From: a virus
Taxonomy: Duplodnaviria > Caudoviricetes
IMG/VR virus record: IMGVR_UViG_3300029305_005484
Strand: one strand, 5' to 3'
Length of the DNA: 64,000 nt
Both the position numbers and the translations under genes were made by a program. Position 1 is the stretch's first letter. The number at the start of each line of letters is the position of its first letter. Shown here piece by piece: positions 61,737 through 64,000 of this stretch. The notes under the pieces were generated by a model. The model saw nothing but the letters and a program-made list of their open reading frames with translations. It ran no database searches and was not told where the DNA came from.

Positions 61737-61809
61737 TTAAGTAAGATTTCTGTAATCAAAGGAAATTATCGATAGATAGAGAAAGTTAACTTAACAAAAT
61801 TGGTTCACC
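61724..61809 (-). repeat. 86-bp inverted-repeat element, copy 4
   Basis: GGTGAACCAATTTTGTTAAGT...ACTTAACAAAACTGCAATC on minus strand. Confidence 0.95.
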
Positions 61810-61856
61810 TACCACTAATATGACATTATTTTAATAAAAAAAGAATAGAGGTATTT

Positions 61857-62534
61857 ATGATGTCTAATTACAATACACTTCAAAAATCTATATCAAATTA
61901 TTTATTTGAACAGGTTGAACTATATGTACAAGAATCTGGAAATTTATCAGATATGAATAAATTATTTAAAGATGCTAAGAATACATTTAATGAATATTCT
62001 GATAAAATCAATAATGCTCTTAAAAATAAAGATTATAAAACTGCAAGTGCTGAATGTGAAAATGTTAAAAAACTTCTTAAAGATATTGAATCACATATTA
62101 ATGCATTAGATGATTCGATTTTATCTGCAGTAGGAAATGGTTTTTATCAGTCATTACTTGTTTTATTGAAAGCTATTCTTTTAGGTTTACCTACATTTGG
62201 AGTTGGCGCAATTTCTACTATTTTAGAAGAATCTTTAAATGGTATTATAGGGCTTGCTAAACAATGGAAGGAAGAAAAAACTTTTAAACCTGAAATGATT
62301 AATGGACGAAGAAATAAAATAAAAGGTGTATTTTATCAAATGTATGGATCTATAGATAAATATAAGAGAATAATTTCTAGTAGAGTTGAAGATGAAAATA
62401 GGAAGAATAAATTACAACCTATAGTTAAAGAAACTATAAAAAATAATGATTTAAAACTTGCAGTCAATGAATCATGTGCTAATGGAAACATTACAATTGA
62501 AGAGAGAAATTTTATTATTTCAGTATTAAATTAA
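61857..62534 (+). CDS. Probable head/virion protein with shared C-terminal motif
   Basis: Late-type motif near 61822; VQES; ends KLAVNESCANGNITIEERNFII. Confidence 0.6.
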   Translation: MMSNYNTLQKSISNYLFEQVELYVQESGNLSDMNKLFKDAKNTFNEYSDKINNALKNKDYKTASAECENVKKLLKDIESHINALDDSILSAVGNGFYQSLLVLLKAILLGLPTFGVGAISTILEESLNGIIGLAKQWKEEKTFKPEMINGRRNKIKGVFYQMYGSIDKYKRIISSRVEDENRKNKLQPIVKETIKNNDLKLAVNESCANGNITIEERNFIISVLN

Positions 62535-62733
62535 ATAAAGAAGAACGTATATTTTACGTTCTTCTTTTATTTTTACATATTTTAATTTTTTACAAATATT
62601 CGAGGCATCATGAACATTTTCCAATAATTAAAATACTAAATGAATAATACGCTACTTATTCATTTTATATTTTTGTTACCTGTAAAATTACCCAGAAAAC
62701 AATTTTGTAACTAGATAGAAAGAGGTGAAGAAT

Positions 62734-64000
62734 ATGATTTACCCTATCGATGTTCCTGAATTATCATTATTTTCAAGAAAGGTTTATCTTCCAAAAGGTG
62801 ATAAAACGGGACATGGTAACTTAGTATTTTTATTTACTAGGTCAGTATCAGATACTATATCTGAAATCAATAGTGGTATAAATTACTATCCTATCAGTAA
62901 TTATACTCATTATTATTATAACGCAACATATTCAGGTAGATTAAAGAATAAGAAATTCTTTATCAGAGATATGAAAGAAAAACGTTCTATATATGATAAA
63001 GTTAAAAAAGAAACTTCATTAACCACTGCACCTGGAATAACGTTAAATGGTTTTGATAGAAACTGTTATTTTGAACTTTCTAGATACCTTCAAATCTATC
63101 ATGAATTATTAGATAAATATGACCCAATGTCAAGAATGATTAATTTTTGGGCATATTTTAAAAGTATCGTAGATGATCCACAGACATCGGAATATCAAAA
63201 TAAATATATCATAATAAATGCAGAAAGATATTCAAATGCATTTGTGGGTAATTTAAGAGATAAATTAAATAACCCATTATTTATGATTTATTACACATTA
63301 TACAAAAATATTGATATTTGTAAATCATTTGATCATGATATCTTTATTTTTTATAAGAATCGCTCAATCAAAATAAATCCAGCGCATGCAGAAAAATCCA
63401 AGACTGCTAATGAATTCAAAGTATTATTAACACGTCTTATTCCTTCTAAAGCTTCAACAATTGAATCTTCTATGAATGATGAGTTGTTGAAAAAAGAAGA
63501 AACTGCTGAAAATGTAAAATCTACTCTTAATAAAGAATTTAATTTTACAGGTGATAATCAGGATGAAAAAACTTTGAATGAAAAGGATATCAAATCTATT
63601 ATTGAACCTGAGAAAAAAGAAAAAGAAACTCCTAAAGTAGTAGATGCTGTTTCGGAAAAGATAGATAAAGTTGTTTCTACTGATAATGAATCTGAAGCTG
63701 AAAAAGTAGTTAAAGATGAAATTGAAAATGATAAAAAACTTTTAGATGAAATCTATAAAAACTTAGTTGGAGATTCAAAACCAGTATCATCTGCTAGTAG
63801 TGCTAGAGATAAGAAAATTAGAGAAGAACAAGGAAAAATTGCAGTAGGTAATATGACAATTGATAAACTAAAATCTATCAAAAGTACTCATATGCCTATT
63901 CCAAAAACTGATGTCTCTAAAGCATTAAAATCTACTAATGATAATATTAGAAATGTTGGATTTGCAAACTTTGACAAGACTTATACTAATGAAGTATTCA
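62734..64000 (+). CDS. 5' part of a large late gene (runs off window)
   Basis: Late motif at 62698, GAGGTG RBS, MIYPIDVPELSLFSRKVYLPKG..., frame appears open to the end. Confidence 0.8.
   Translation, partial: MIYPIDVPELSLFSRKVYLPKGDKTGHGNLVFLFTRSVSDTISEINSGINYYPISNYTHYYYNATYSGRLKNKKFFIRDMKEKRSIYDKVKKETSLTTAPGITLNGFDRNCYFELSRYLQIYHELLDKYDPMSRMINFWAYFKSIVDDPQTSEYQNKYIIINAERYSNAFVGNLRDKLNNPLFMIYYTLYKNIDICKSFDHDIFIFYKNRSIKINPAHAEKSKTANEFKVLLTRLIPSKASTIESSMNDELLKKEETAENVKSTLNKEFNFTGDNQDEKTLNEKDIKSIIEPEKKEKETPKVVDAVSEKIDKVVSTDNESEAEKVVKDEIENDKKLLDEIYKNLVGDSKPVSSASSARDKKIREEQGKIAVGNMTIDKLKSIKSTHMPIPKTDVSKALKSTNDNIRNVGFANFDKTYTNEVF

Noticed and set aside
1-64000. Stop-codon reassignment
   Set aside because: Standard code gives dense intact genes; fragmentation of beta' is explained by introns

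Overview
AT-rich, gene-dense segment of an AR9/PBS1-like (phiKZ-related) jumbo phage, probably of a Clostridia-type host. Core genes: two split beta' halves of a phage multisubunit RNA polymerase (the N-half interrupted by two group I introns, one carrying an HNH endonuclease and apparently ending in A), a probable sigma-like subunit, GroEL-like chaperonin, DnaB helicase, primase, SSB-like protein, prohead protease, NrdG, an AAA+ ATPase and many virion proteins. Two promoter motifs (ATATATTAT, early-type; [AGC]ACA-N6-TA, AR9 late-type) and bidirectional terminators organise the window. Headline finding: four copies of an exactly 86-bp non-coding inverted-repeat element (24696, 40191, 40553, 61724). 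Each is followed, in the same register (TAA-CAA-AAC-TGC-AAY), by a different 90-128 codon reading frame lacking a normal start; three resemble tail-fibre tip domains. This looks like a dispersed library of silent receptor-binding cassettes; three of the four are missed by the ORF track. The window also has candidate late small RNAs and a shared motif in putative head proteins. Family assignments are from motif recognition by eye; no searches were run.
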